Assembly: GCA_963815115.1 (NCBI GenBank) | Contig: CAWFFN010000005.1 | Span: forward strand, 366,948-406,947 | Source: an uncultured delta proteobacterium | Lineage (GTDB): Bacteria > Desulfobacterota > Binatia > DP-6 | Direction: 5' to 3' | Length of the DNA: 40,000 nucleotides | Part shown: piece by piece, positions 17,828 through 26,407 of the stretch | Position numbering within the stretch: position 1 is the stretch's first letter | How the letters are laid out: each line of letters starts with the position of its first letter | The notes under the pieces: model-generated | What the model saw: the letters and a program-made list of their open reading frames with translations, nothing else | Told to the model about the DNA's origin: nothing | Database searches by the model: none | Program-made: the position numbers and the translations under genes

Positions 17828-19368
17828 CAGGCTTGCCCCACCGGCTGCTTGGCATGCACGTTCTTGTAGATCGACATGAGCTTGGCCCGCTGCGGATGGT
17901 TGAAGTCCTCGAAGGCGAGCGGCACCGCGACCTGCGCCGGATTGGCCTCGTGGGGGTACGCACCCGAGTCGTAGAGCTTGTGTAGCTCCATCAGGTTGGC
18001 CTCGAAGACGACCTTCCAGTCGAGGTTGATGCGGTAGGCGAACATCGAGTTCACGAGGTTGCCGGTGGCGGCGTAGGTCTGCTTGAAGCGCTCGCGCAGC
18101 TTCTCCTTGCCGTAGATGTTGTCGTACACGTAGGTGAGCCCCTCGATGAAGCGCTCGAGCGACATGTTCTTCAGCCGATGCACGAGGTGACCGGAGTTGT
18201 AGTAGTACCAGTCGTACGGGAAGTTGGTGCGGAAGATGCGCTGCTCGCTGCTCAGGCGGTCGAAGAGCTCGGTGCGCACCATGGGCGTGTAGATGCCGAA
18301 GGTGCAGACGTCCATTCCGGTCTCCCAGACGGCGTCGACGACCTGCTTGAAGGTGTCTTCCTTGTCGAAGTCGGTTCCGAAGATCACCGAGCTCCACACG
18401 ATCAGCCCGTGCCGGTGGAGGTTGCCGAAGCAGTGCCGGTAGCTGTCGAGGAACGAGGTCGAAGCCTTCTTGGCGATGCCGATGTTGACCGACTTGTGCA
18501 TCTTCTTGAGCGTGTCGTAGTCGAGTGACTCGATGCCCATCAGGATGCCGAGGCAGCCGCTCTTCGCCATGTAGTCGAGCACGACGTCGTCCTGGGTGAC
18601 GTTGAGCGACGTGAAGCCGAACCAGTTCTTCTTGAGATCGCGCTCCGCCCACCCCTTGAAGAGCTTGCGGCAGCGTTCCTGCGAGTCGGGCGTGTAGCCG
18701 TAGAAGTTGTCCTCCGCGAGCATGAGCCCGCGGTAGTCGGTGTGGGCGAGCTCGTTCCAGACGTCCTCCGGCGGGCGCTGGCGGTACTTGCGGCCCTGGA
18801 TGAAGGGGACACAGCAGAAGTCGCACTTGAACGGGCAGCCGCGGGTCGTGATGATCGACGAGTACTTGTAGCGGTACTTGTCGCGCAGCCACTCCCGGTC
18901 GGGGTGGATGTCCCTGAGCTCCTCGAGCGGCGTCGGGCCGCCGTGGTAGGTGGGCTGGAGACGCCCGCCATCGAAGTCGGCGAGCACCTGCGGCCACACC
19001 CGCTCGGCCTCGCCGATGACCACGCTGTTCACGTGGGCGCTCGCCTCCTCCGGGAGAATGGTCGCGTGGGCGCCGCCGGCGACCGTCGGCACGCCCGCCT
19101 TGCGACACGCCTCGGCGATCTCGTAGAGCCGCGGCACCTGGTAGGTCACGGCCGTGATCCCGACGAGGTCGGCATGGCCGAAGGTCAGGTTGCCCTGCGC
19201 GTCGACGGCCCGCTCGAGGGTCTCGTCGATGACGTCGACCTCCCATTCGTCGCGCGGCGTCAGCGCGGCGATGTAGGCGAGGTTGAGCGGCATCTGCACG
19301 ATGACCGAGATGTTCTCCTCGCCGAAGTGCTTCTCGGGATAGGCGTTGATCAGAACGAGTCGCTTCAT
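17827..19368 (-). CDS. B12-binding-domain radical SAM protein, tandem paralogue rSAM-3
   Basis: ATG 19368 is preceded by AAGGGAG. N-terminus MKRLVLINAYPEKHFGEENISVIVQMPLNLAY, with GCPFKCDFC, DNFYGYT and NWFGFTS. Confidence 0.9.
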   Translation of the reverse strand: MKRLVLINAYPEKHFGEENISVIVQMPLNLAYIAALTPRDEWEVDVIDETLERAVDAQGNLTFGHADLVGITAVTYQVPRLYEIAEACRKAGVPTVAGGAHATILPEEASAHVNSVVIGEAERVWPQVLADFDGGRLQPTYHGGPTPLEELRDIHPDREWLRDKYRYKYSSIITTRGCPFKCDFCCVPFIQGRKYRQRPPEDVWNELAHTDYRGLMLAEDNFYGYTPDSQERCRKLFKGWAERDLKKNWFGFTSLNVTQDDVVLDYMAKSGCLGILMGIESLDYDTLKKMHKSVNIGIAKKASTSFLDSYRHCFGNLHRHGLIVWSSVIFGTDFDKEDTFKQVVDAVWETGMDVCTFGIYTPMVRTELFDRLSSEQRIFRTNFPYDWYYYNSGHLVHRLKNMSLERFIEGLTYVYDNIYGKEKLRERFKQTYAATGNLVNSMFAYRINLDWKVVFEANLMELHKLYDSGAYPHEANPAQVAVPLAFEDFNHPQRAKLMSIYKNVHAKQPVGQA

Positions 19369-19379
19369 CGCGTCTCCCT

Positions 19380-20828
19380 TCAGTGCGCCGTGGCGGCGGT
19401 GCTCGCGCTGCCCACGCTCACTCGCTCGGCGGGGTAGGCGCCCGAGTCGTAGAGGCCGTGCAGGTTGCGGAGAATCTGCTCGAACACGCGCTGCCAGTCC
19501 TGGCCGACGCGGTACGCGAACAGCGCGGTGCGCGGGTTGCCGGTCGCCTGGAGCGAGCGTCGGAACCGGGCGCGGAGCGCCTCCTTCGTGTACAGGTGAT
19601 CGTAGACGTAGTGCATGCCCGTGATGAAGTCCTCGAGGGTCATCTTGTCGAGCTTGTACGTCACGTGATCGGTCCCGTAGTGGAACCAGTCGTTGGGGTA
19701 GTTGGTGCGGAAGACGCGGCCCTCGCCGAGAAGGCGCTTGTGCATCGGCGTATTCGGCAGCGGGGTGCTGATGCCGTAGGTGAGCACGTCGAGGGAGTTC
19801 TCGAGAATGTAGTCGACCATGCGACGGAAGCAGTCCTTGTCGTCCCCGTCCGCGCCGAAGATGACCGAGCCCCACACGATCATGCCGTGATCGTGGATGT
19901 TCTTGATCGAGTCGGCCATGCGGTCGACTCCGAGGCGGAGGTTGACGTCCTTCACCATCTTCTTGAGCACGTCCTCGCTGTTCGACTCCAGGCCGATGAG
20001 GAATCCGAAGCAGCCCGATTTCGCCATGGCGTCCAGCATCACCAGGTCCTGGCCGGTGGCGAGGGTCGAGAACCCGAACCAGTCCTTCCACATCTTGCGC
20101 TCGACCATGCCCTGGAAGAGCTGGCGCGCCCGCTCGTTGGCTCGCTTGCTGTAGCCGTAGAAGTTGTCCTCGGCGAGCATCAGGCCCTTGTACTTGGTCG
20201 CATCCATCTCGGCCCAGACGTCCTCCACCGGCCGCTCCCGGAACTGGCGCCCCTGGAACACGGGAACGCTGCAGAACTCGCAGCGGAACGGGCATCCCTT
20301 CGTGGTGACGATCGACGAGTACTTGTAGCCGTACTTCTCGCGGCAGAACTCCCGGTCCGGGTGGACCCGGCCGACGAGCTCGAGGGAAGGCAGCCCGCCG
20401 TCGTAGAGCGGCTGGAGGTCGCCGCGCGCGAAGTCGTCGAGGATCGACCGCCACGTCAGCTCGGCCTCGCCGGTGCACACCGCGTCGGCGTGGCGTTGCG
20501 CCTCTTCGACCATCGCCGAGACGTGAATGCCGCCCATCACCACCTTCATGCCGCGCCGCCGGCATGCGTCCGCGATCTGGTACGCCCGCGGGCTCTGGTA
20601 GGTGAGCGACGTGATGGCGACGAGGTCCGCGTCGAAGATCGGCTCGCCGCGCTCGTCGAGCGCGAGCTCGATGGTCTCGTCGACCAGGTCACGCTCCCAT
20701 TCGTCCTGCGGCGTCAGCGCGGCCAGGTAGGCGAGATTCAGCGGCATCTGCACGATCACGGAGATGCTCTCCTCGCCGTGTCGCTCCGGCGGATGGGGGT
20801 TGACGAACACCACCTTGCGTCGATCCAT
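19380..20828 (-). CDS. B12-binding-domain radical SAM protein, tandem paralogue rSAM-4
   Basis: ATG 20828 is preceded by AGGAGGGAG. N-terminus MDRRKVVFVNPHPPERHGEESISVIVQMPLNLAY, with GCPFRCEFC, DNFYGYS and DWFGFST. Confidence 0.9.
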   Translation of the reverse strand: MDRRKVVFVNPHPPERHGEESISVIVQMPLNLAYLAALTPQDEWERDLVDETIELALDERGEPIFDADLVAITSLTYQSPRAYQIADACRRRGMKVVMGGIHVSAMVEEAQRHADAVCTGEAELTWRSILDDFARGDLQPLYDGGLPSLELVGRVHPDREFCREKYGYKYSSIVTTKGCPFRCEFCSVPVFQGRQFRERPVEDVWAEMDATKYKGLMLAEDNFYGYSKRANERARQLFQGMVERKMWKDWFGFSTLATGQDLVMLDAMAKSGCFGFLIGLESNSEDVLKKMVKDVNLRLGVDRMADSIKNIHDHGMIVWGSVIFGADGDDKDCFRRMVDYILENSLDVLTYGISTPLPNTPMHKRLLGEGRVFRTNYPNDWFHYGTDHVTYKLDKMTLEDFITGMHYVYDHLYTKEALRARFRRSLQATGNPRTALFAYRVGQDWQRVFEQILRNLHGLYDSGAYPAERVSVGSASTAATAH

Positions 20829-20842
20829 GCGACACTCCCTCC

Positions 20843-22318
20843 TTACGCTAGCGCGGTCGTCCCGGCGTTGCCGTGGACTGCTCGCGGCGCCGCCGGCTCC
20901 CGCGCGGCGATCCGGTTCGCCACCCGCCAGCCGGAGGCGACCACCGCACACACACCGGGGCCCGGGATGGTCCAGTGACCGGTGAGGTACAGATTCTCGA
21001 TCGGGGTCTCGTGCGCCAGGCGCCGCATCCCCGACTGCTCGGGAATCACGGCCCAGCCGTAGGGCGCACCACAGAAGTTGCTCGTCCGCTCCGCCCCGGT
21101 CGGGGGATGTGCGACCGTCATCACCTCCACGTGGCGCCGCAGCCCCGGAACGAAGTCCTCGATGCGGTCGAGCACGTCGCGCACCTTGGTCTCCTGCACG
21201 GCACGCCAGTCGCCCGCGGCCTCCTCCTCGGGCGCGAGCGAGGCGACGACGGTCATCGTGTGGTACCCCGGCGGGGCCATCCCGGGCTCGATCTGCGTCG
21301 GTGAAGAGACGTAGAGCCAGGGTCCGCCCAGCTCCTCGGAGAAGAAATAGAAGCCGCGCGCGAGGCGCTCGGGTTGGCAGCGCGCGCTCACCCCGAGGTA
21401 CAGGAGCACGAACGGCGAGCTCGCGCGCAACGTCCGCAGTCGTTGCGCGTACGCCGGGTCCACGGCGCCGTCGAGCAGGCGGAAGAACGTCTGTGCCGGG
21501 TCGATGTTCGAGACCACGGCGCCGGCCGCGATCTCGCGTCCATCGGCGAGCCGGACGCCCGCGGCCCGCGTGCCGTCGAGCAGCACGTCGCGCACGGCCG
21601 TCGAGACCAGCAGGTCGCCTCCGCTGGCGACGAACCTCGCCGCGATGGCGTCGGCGAACGCCTGGGTGCCCCCGCGGGGATAGTAGGCGCCGTCGCGCCA
21701 GTAGTTGACGATCATCTGGCACATCCCGACCGCCGAGAGCTCCTGGGGAGGCGATCCCAGGTAGCCCCACTGCCCCGACAACCCGAGCTTGAGGCGGGGA
21801 TCGTCGAAGAAGGCGTCGAGCATCTCCGCGAACGTCGAGTCCTGGTAGCGGATCAGCGTCGGGCTCTCCCGGCGCTCATCGAGCAGCGCGCGATAGAGCT
21901 TGACGATCTCGGCGAAGAACGCGTCGATGGCGCGACGCTCCCGGGGAAAGCGCTCCGCGAGCAACGCCGCGAAGGCATCCAGCCTCGTCGGAACCGGGAG
22001 CGACCAGGACGGGAAGACCAGCGTGTCCATGGGGTCGAGGCGCACGAAGTCGCACTCGATCCCCAGAGCACGCAGGCAGCTGCCCACGATGCTCAGGCGG
22101 CCGCACCCGCTGATGTGGTGCACGGCGACGTCGAACGTGAATCCCTTCTGCGTGAACGACGAGCAGCAGCCGCCGGGCTGGGCGCTGCGCTCCACGATCA
22201 GCGTCCGCTTGCCCCGCTGCGCGAGCTGCGTGCCGCACACCAGCCCGCCGATACCGCCGCCGACGACGACGGCGTCGTAGTCCCCCCGTACCTCGACTCG
22301 CGCGGTCCGGCCGTCCAT
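20843..22318 (-). CDS. Phytoene-desaturase-family (CrtI-like) FAD-dependent oxidoreductase
   Basis: 491 aa. N-terminal dinucleotide fold DAVVVGGGIGGLVCGTQLAQRGKRTLIVERSAQPGG, YPRGGTQAFADAI, and a C-terminal LYLTGHWTIPGPGV motif typical of the CrtI/amine-oxidase family. Confidence 0.9.
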   Translation of the reverse strand: MDGRTARVEVRGDYDAVVVGGGIGGLVCGTQLAQRGKRTLIVERSAQPGGCCSSFTQKGFTFDVAVHHISGCGRLSIVGSCLRALGIECDFVRLDPMDTLVFPSWSLPVPTRLDAFAALLAERFPRERRAIDAFFAEIVKLYRALLDERRESPTLIRYQDSTFAEMLDAFFDDPRLKLGLSGQWGYLGSPPQELSAVGMCQMIVNYWRDGAYYPRGGTQAFADAIAARFVASGGDLLVSTAVRDVLLDGTRAAGVRLADGREIAAGAVVSNIDPAQTFFRLLDGAVDPAYAQRLRTLRASSPFVLLYLGVSARCQPERLARGFYFFSEELGGPWLYVSSPTQIEPGMAPPGYHTMTVVASLAPEEEAAGDWRAVQETKVRDVLDRIEDFVPGLRRHVEVMTVAHPPTGAERTSNFCGAPYGWAVIPEQSGMRRLAHETPIENLYLTGHWTIPGPGVCAVVASGWRVANRIAAREPAAPRAVHGNAGTTALA

Positions 22319-22322
22319 CGCG

Positions 22323-23549
22323 TCAGCCCGTCGGGCAGGCCGAGAGCAGCAGGGCGGCGCAGTGCCCGGAGTAGGAGGAGGCGGTGACGAGCGCGCGGGT
22401 CACCTCCATGCGCCGCGCCACGTTCGGGACGCAATCGACGGCGCACGCCTCGTCCGCGACCCGATGGTTGATCGTCGGAGGCACCACCTGCTCCGTCAAC
22501 GCCAGCAGCGCCGCCGCGGCTTGGAGTGAGCCCGACGCGTCGAGACACTCCCCGCACATGGACTTGATGGCGCTCACCGGCGGGCACGACGCGTCGCCGT
22601 CGAAGGCGGCGCGCAGGGTGCTGGCCTCGAGCCGGTCTCCCCCGGGGGTGGAATTGGCGCCGCTGAAGACGCACCAGCCGTCCGGGGACGCGGGCGGCGT
22701 GCGCCCGAGCGCAGCGCGGATGACCCGACGGCCGTTCGCCACCGGATCCCCGCCACGCGGCCGGAAGCCGTTCCCGTATCCGGTGACCTCGCCGTAGATC
22801 CGGGCGCACCGCTCACGGGCACGCGACAGCGGCTCGAGGAACAGCAGACAGCTGCCCTCGCCCAGCACGACGCCGTCCCGGCGACGGTCGAACGGGGCGC
22901 ACAGTCCGCTGCCGGAAAGCGCGCCCGTCCCCGCGAAGCCCCGGTAGACGTCTTCGCCGAGACCGAACACGCCCCCCGCCAACATGGCTCCCGCCCGACG
23001 CAGCCGGAGGAAGTCTGTGGCGTACCCGAGCGCGTCGAGGCCGCTCGTCTCGCCCGTGGCGATCGTCGCGTTCGGGCCCGTCACCCCGAGGAGAATGGAG
23101 ACGCGGCTCGCCGGCGCGTTCAGCACCGTGTTGGGAAACTCCATGGGGTTCACGTACGCCGGGCCTTCTCGCAGGGCCTCCGTGTCGAACGCGGCGATGC
23201 TGCCGATGCTCCCGTAGGTCGAGCCCACGGCGATGCCGGTCTGGTCATCCCGCACGGGAGCCTCGCCGCCCTGCAGGACGCCGGCGTCCTCGAGCGCGAG
23301 CTTGGCCGCGCACGCGAGCAGCAACGTGGTCCGATCGAAGTGCCGGATGCCCTTGGTCCCGATGAAGGGCGCCGGCGAGAACTCGGCGATCTCCCCGGCC
23401 AGCCGGCTCCGGCCGTTCCCGGGGTCGAAGAGGGAGAGGGGACGAAGACCGGAGGCACCTGCCGCGAGGCTGCGCCAGAACGCCTCCCGCCCTGCGCCCA
23501 GGGCGGAGACGACCCCAAGACCGGTCACGACGATACGTTCCACGATCAC
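22323..23549 (-). CDS. Ketosynthase-like protein lacking the catalytic Cys (CLF-like), partner of KS-2
   Basis: The GTG at 23549 forms a GTGA overlap with the KS-2 stop. N-terminus is IVVTGLGVVSALG. ATGETSGLDAL aligns to the KS active site (Cys to Glu), and the His motifs are absent (FSGANSTPGGD). Confidence 0.85.
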   Translation of the reverse strand: MIVERIVVTGLGVVSALGAGREAFWRSLAAGASGLRPLSLFDPGNGRSRLAGEIAEFSPAPFIGTKGIRHFDRTTLLLACAAKLALEDAGVLQGGEAPVRDDQTGIAVGSTYGSIGSIAAFDTEALREGPAYVNPMEFPNTVLNAPASRVSILLGVTGPNATIATGETSGLDALGYATDFLRLRRAGAMLAGGVFGLGEDVYRGFAGTGALSGSGLCAPFDRRRDGVVLGEGSCLLFLEPLSRARERCARIYGEVTGYGNGFRPRGGDPVANGRRVIRAALGRTPPASPDGWCVFSGANSTPGGDRLEASTLRAAFDGDASCPPVSAIKSMCGECLDASGSLQAAAALLALTEQVVPPTINHRVADEACAVDCVPNVARRMEVTRALVTASSYSGHCAALLLSACPTG

Positions 23550-24784
23550 CCCTCGAACCGGCGCAGGACCAGGCAGCTGTTGTTCCCCCCGAAGGCGATC
23601 GCGTTGTTGAGCGCGACGGTGAGCGACCGCCTGCGCGCTGCGTTCGGCACGTAGTCGAGATCGCAATCCGGATCGGGCGTCTCGTAGTTCATGGTCGGCG
23701 GTACGACCCCGTGGCGCAGCGCCAGCACCGAGGTGATCGCCTCGATCGCACTCGCCGCGCCCATCGTGTGACCGATCATCGACTTGGTCGAGCTCACGCA
23801 GAGCTCGTAGGCGTGCCGCCCGAAGACCCGCTTGATGGCGCGGGTCTCCACCTTGTCGTTCACGGGCGTGCCCGTGCCGTGGGCGTTGATGTAGTCGACC
23901 TCGGCGGGCGCGATGCGCGCCGACTCGAGCGCCAGCCCGATCGCACGGCTGATGCCGTCCCCCTCCGGGTCCGGCGCCGTCATGTGGTGGCCGTCGGCGC
24001 TGATGGCGTATCCCAGCATCTCCGCGAGAATCGGCGCGCCCCGGGTGAGGGCCCCGTCGAGGGACTCCAGCACGACGATGCCGGCGCCCTCGCCCACCAG
24101 GATGCCGCGCCTCCCGCGATCGAACGGCTGGCACCGCTCCGGCGCCACGGAGCCCAGCCGGGCGAACCCGGTGAACGCCACCCGGGAGAACGGGTCCGTC
24201 CCGCCTGCCAGCATCGCGTCCGCCCTGCCGAATCTGATGGCATCGAAGGCCCAGCCGATGCTGTAGTTCCCCGCCGCGCAGGCGGTGGGAATCATCACGT
24301 TCGGACCCGAGAGGCCGAGCCAGTGCGCGATGTGGGCGGGAATCATGGCGGCGGGATGGTGGCGCAACGTCTGCCACGGGATTGCGTCCTCGCCGTCGGA
24401 GACCCTCGCCTGGTCCGCCTGTTCGAGAATCTGGATCTCGCCGCACGTGGTCCCGACGGACACCCCGACCGTGGCCTCCTCGTTGCCGCCACCGCCGAGC
24501 CCGGCATCGGCAAGGGCCAGGTGCGTCGCGGCCACGGCCAGCTGCGAAGCGCGCCCCATCCCCGAGGGCGGCGGCGCCCCGACGATCCCTTCGAAGTCGA
24601 AGTCGTGGACCTCGCAGCCCTGGTGGACCTTGTAGCGCGAAGTGTCGAAGCGCTCGATCTCCGTCACCCCGGAGGCGCCGGACAGCGCGGCCGGCCAGAA
24701 GCGCTCGCGCCCGATCCCGATGGGGGTGACCATGCCCACACCGGTTATCACCACGCGGCGGGCGCGCTGGCCCCCGTCGGTCAT
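23546..24784 (-). CDS. Beta-ketoacyl-ACP synthase, KS-2
   Basis: 412 aa. Motifs: VVITGVGMVTPIG, active-site PTACAAGN, NAHGTGTPVND, STKSMIGHTMGAAS. Confidence 0.9.
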   Translation of the reverse strand: MTDGGQRARRVVITGVGMVTPIGIGRERFWPAALSGASGVTEIERFDTSRYKVHQGCEVHDFDFEGIVGAPPPSGMGRASQLAVAATHLALADAGLGGGGNEEATVGVSVGTTCGEIQILEQADQARVSDGEDAIPWQTLRHHPAAMIPAHIAHWLGLSGPNVMIPTACAAGNYSIGWAFDAIRFGRADAMLAGGTDPFSRVAFTGFARLGSVAPERCQPFDRGRRGILVGEGAGIVVLESLDGALTRGAPILAEMLGYAISADGHHMTAPDPEGDGISRAIGLALESARIAPAEVDYINAHGTGTPVNDKVETRAIKRVFGRHAYELCVSSTKSMIGHTMGAASAIEAITSVLALRHGVVPPTMNYETPDPDCDLDYVPNAARRRSLTVALNNAIAFGGNNSCLVLRRFEG

Positions 24785-25248
24785 CCTGGTCGATGCTCCC
24801 GGAGCGTATCGAGCCCGCGGCGATCCACCGCCGCGAACGTCAGCTTCGCCCTGGCCACCGGCTCGCCCTCGACCAGCGCCACCCCCCGCACGATGGCGGC
24901 GGTGGAGATGACCTTCTCCGCCACGACGTCGAAGAGCAGCTGATCCCCCGGGGTGACGGGCTTCAGGAACCGCGCCTCGACCGCACCGAGCAGGAAGACC
25001 TTGTCCGCATGTTGCGGCTGGTTACCGGCTCGGAAGAGCAACAGCCCGCATTGGGCGAGGGCTTCGACCATCACGGTGCCCGGCATCAGCGCAAGATCCA
25101 CGAAGTGTCCCGGGAAGAAGTACTCGTTGCCGGTGACGTTCTTGAGGCAACGGATGCGTTTGCCTTCCTCCAGCTCGAGAACGCGGTCCACGAACAGAAA
25201 CGGGTAGCGATGGGGGATCAGGCGCGTGATCTCGTCGAACGAGATCAC
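24781..25248 (-). CDS. fabZ: 3-hydroxyacyl-ACP dehydratase
   Basis: Hallmark IPHRYPFLFVDRV..GNEYFFPGHF..MPGTVMVEALAQ. A GTGA overlap with the ACP stop and an ATGA overlap with the KS-2 start. Confidence 0.9.
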   Translation of the reverse strand: MISFDEITRLIPHRYPFLFVDRVLELEEGKRIRCLKNVTGNEYFFPGHFVDLALMPGTVMVEALAQCGLLLFRAGNQPQHADKVFLLGAVEARFLKPVTPGDQLLFDVVAEKVISTAAIVRGVALVEGEPVARAKLTFAAVDRRGLDTLREHRPG

Positions 25249-25520
25249 AGAGCGGCCTCCAGCTTCCCTTGCTCCCGCAGCATCTCCTTCACGAGCGTGA
25301 TGGCAGCGCTGAGCGTCGTCACATCGACGATGCGTTCCTCCGGCACCTCGATACGATACTTGCGCTCGAGGGTGGCAACGATCTCGAGCGCGAGCAGCGA
25401 GTCGAGCCCGACCTCCTCGAAGAGATGGCTGTCACGCTGCGCCCACAGCTCCTCCTCCGGCTTCTCGGAGACCTCGGCCACGACCTCGGTCACGGCGCGC
25501 TCCACGTTGTCTGCGTACAT
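25245..25520 (-). CDS. Acyl carrier protein, ACP-1
   Basis: ATG 25520 is preceded by GAGGAGG. The product is 91 aa with the phosphopantetheine-site motif EEVGLDSLLALEIV. Confidence 0.85.
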   Translation of the reverse strand: MYADNVERAVTEVVAEVSEKPEEELWAQRDSHLFEEVGLDSLLALEIVATLERKYRIEVPEERIVDVTTLSAAITLVKEMLREQGKLEAAL

Positions 25521-25729
25521 CACCGTGCTTGACCTCCTCAGCCTCTGCCCGCTGATTCGACCTGCGACATGCCCGCAGAGTGCGTCCCTCTCGGAACCCA
25601 CGTGTGGCGTGCGGACCCCGAATGGTCTGTGCGTGTCGCCTTGGAACCGGCCCGTCTCCGTTAACCCGCGATCCACGCATGGTCAAGCAGTTCTCGATTT
25701 TCTGGAACGACCCCAAACTTGGAGTGTCT
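25521..25729 (-). promoter_or_regulatory. Candidate internal promoter/operator region upstream of ACP-1
   Basis: One of the two largest non-coding gaps in the cluster (with 16144-16384). It contains the most AT-rich stretch of the cluster (25680-25740) and sits directly downstream of the TetR gene. A minus-strand TTGACC-N16-TTAACG is the only sigma-70-like match. The call is positional only. Confidence 0.3.
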
Positions 25730-26365
25730 CTAAGAACGTGCCCCCGTCCGCCGGCGCTGCGGGCGGCGATCGGTCGTGTCGATCGCGGACGGGGCGACAC
25801 CCGACAGGAAGATGGCCGCACCACGGTGCAGGCGCTCGGTGAGCGGCTGACCGCCGTCGCCGTGCAGCCATCGCAAGATGATGGCGTAGTAGGTCCCGAT
25901 GAAGATGTCCGCCAGCTCGTGCGGATCGTATTCGGTGCTGACCTCGCCCCGGCGCTGCCCCTCGTGCAAGAGCGCCGCGCTCAGGTCGGAAAGGATGCGT
26001 TCGGCACGCACGTTGCCGAAGTTCAGAGCGCTCCGGGTGAACAGCGTGCGGTAGAACCGCTTGTCGGCCTGCAGCCCCCGCCCCATCGCCTCGAGCAGGC
26101 GCCTCACCTTCTCCGCCGTGGGGGCGTCCCGCCGCGCCTCGTGCTCGAGCATCTCCTGGTATCGCCCCACGGTGTCCTCGGCAGCCTGCTGCAGGATGGC
26201 GTCCTTGCTCGGGAAATAGTTGAAGAACGTCGCCTGGCTGATCTCCAGCTGTCCGATGATGTCGTCGATCGTCACCTCGTCGAACCCACGCTCCATGAAG
26301 AGCTGGATCGCGTTGGCGAGGATCTTACCGCGCAGCTTGTTCTTCTTCTCGGCCCGTAAGCCCAT
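25730..26365 (-). CDS. TetR/AcrR-family transcriptional regulator
   Basis: 211 aa. The N-terminal HTH is KILANAIQLFMERGFDEVTIDDIIGQLEISQATFFNYFPSKDAIL. Confidence 0.9.
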   Translation of the reverse strand: MGLRAEKKNKLRGKILANAIQLFMERGFDEVTIDDIIGQLEISQATFFNYFPSKDAILQQAAEDTVGRYQEMLEHEARRDAPTAEKVRRLLEAMGRGLQADKRFYRTLFTRSALNFGNVRAERILSDLSAALLHEGQRRGEVSTEYDPHELADIFIGTYYAIILRWLHGDGGQPLTERLHRGAAIFLSGVAPSAIDTTDRRPQRRRTGARS

Positions 26366-26407
26366 TTTCGCCTTCCGTGGTTCTCCGCCCGCGAGCGATC
26401 GCCCGAA

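Noticed and set aside
16385-21770. Very long minus-strand track ORFs (953, 912 and 796 aa) that appear to fuse neighbouring radical SAM genes
   Set aside because: The N-terminal portions are off-frame read-through over the upstream gene (Arg/Pro/Gly-rich junk). Each real protein starts at an internal Met with the conserved MKRLVLI.. / MDRRKVVFV.. N-terminus, and for 19368 and 20828 a Shine-Dalgarno sequence.
25521-25729. Cobalamin riboswitch or other riboswitch controlling the B12-dependent radical SAM genes
   Set aside because: I could find no B12-box-like GCCACTG core or other recognisable riboswitch consensus in this gap, in 16144-16384, or in 34012-34223. This needs Infernal/Rfam to exclude formally.
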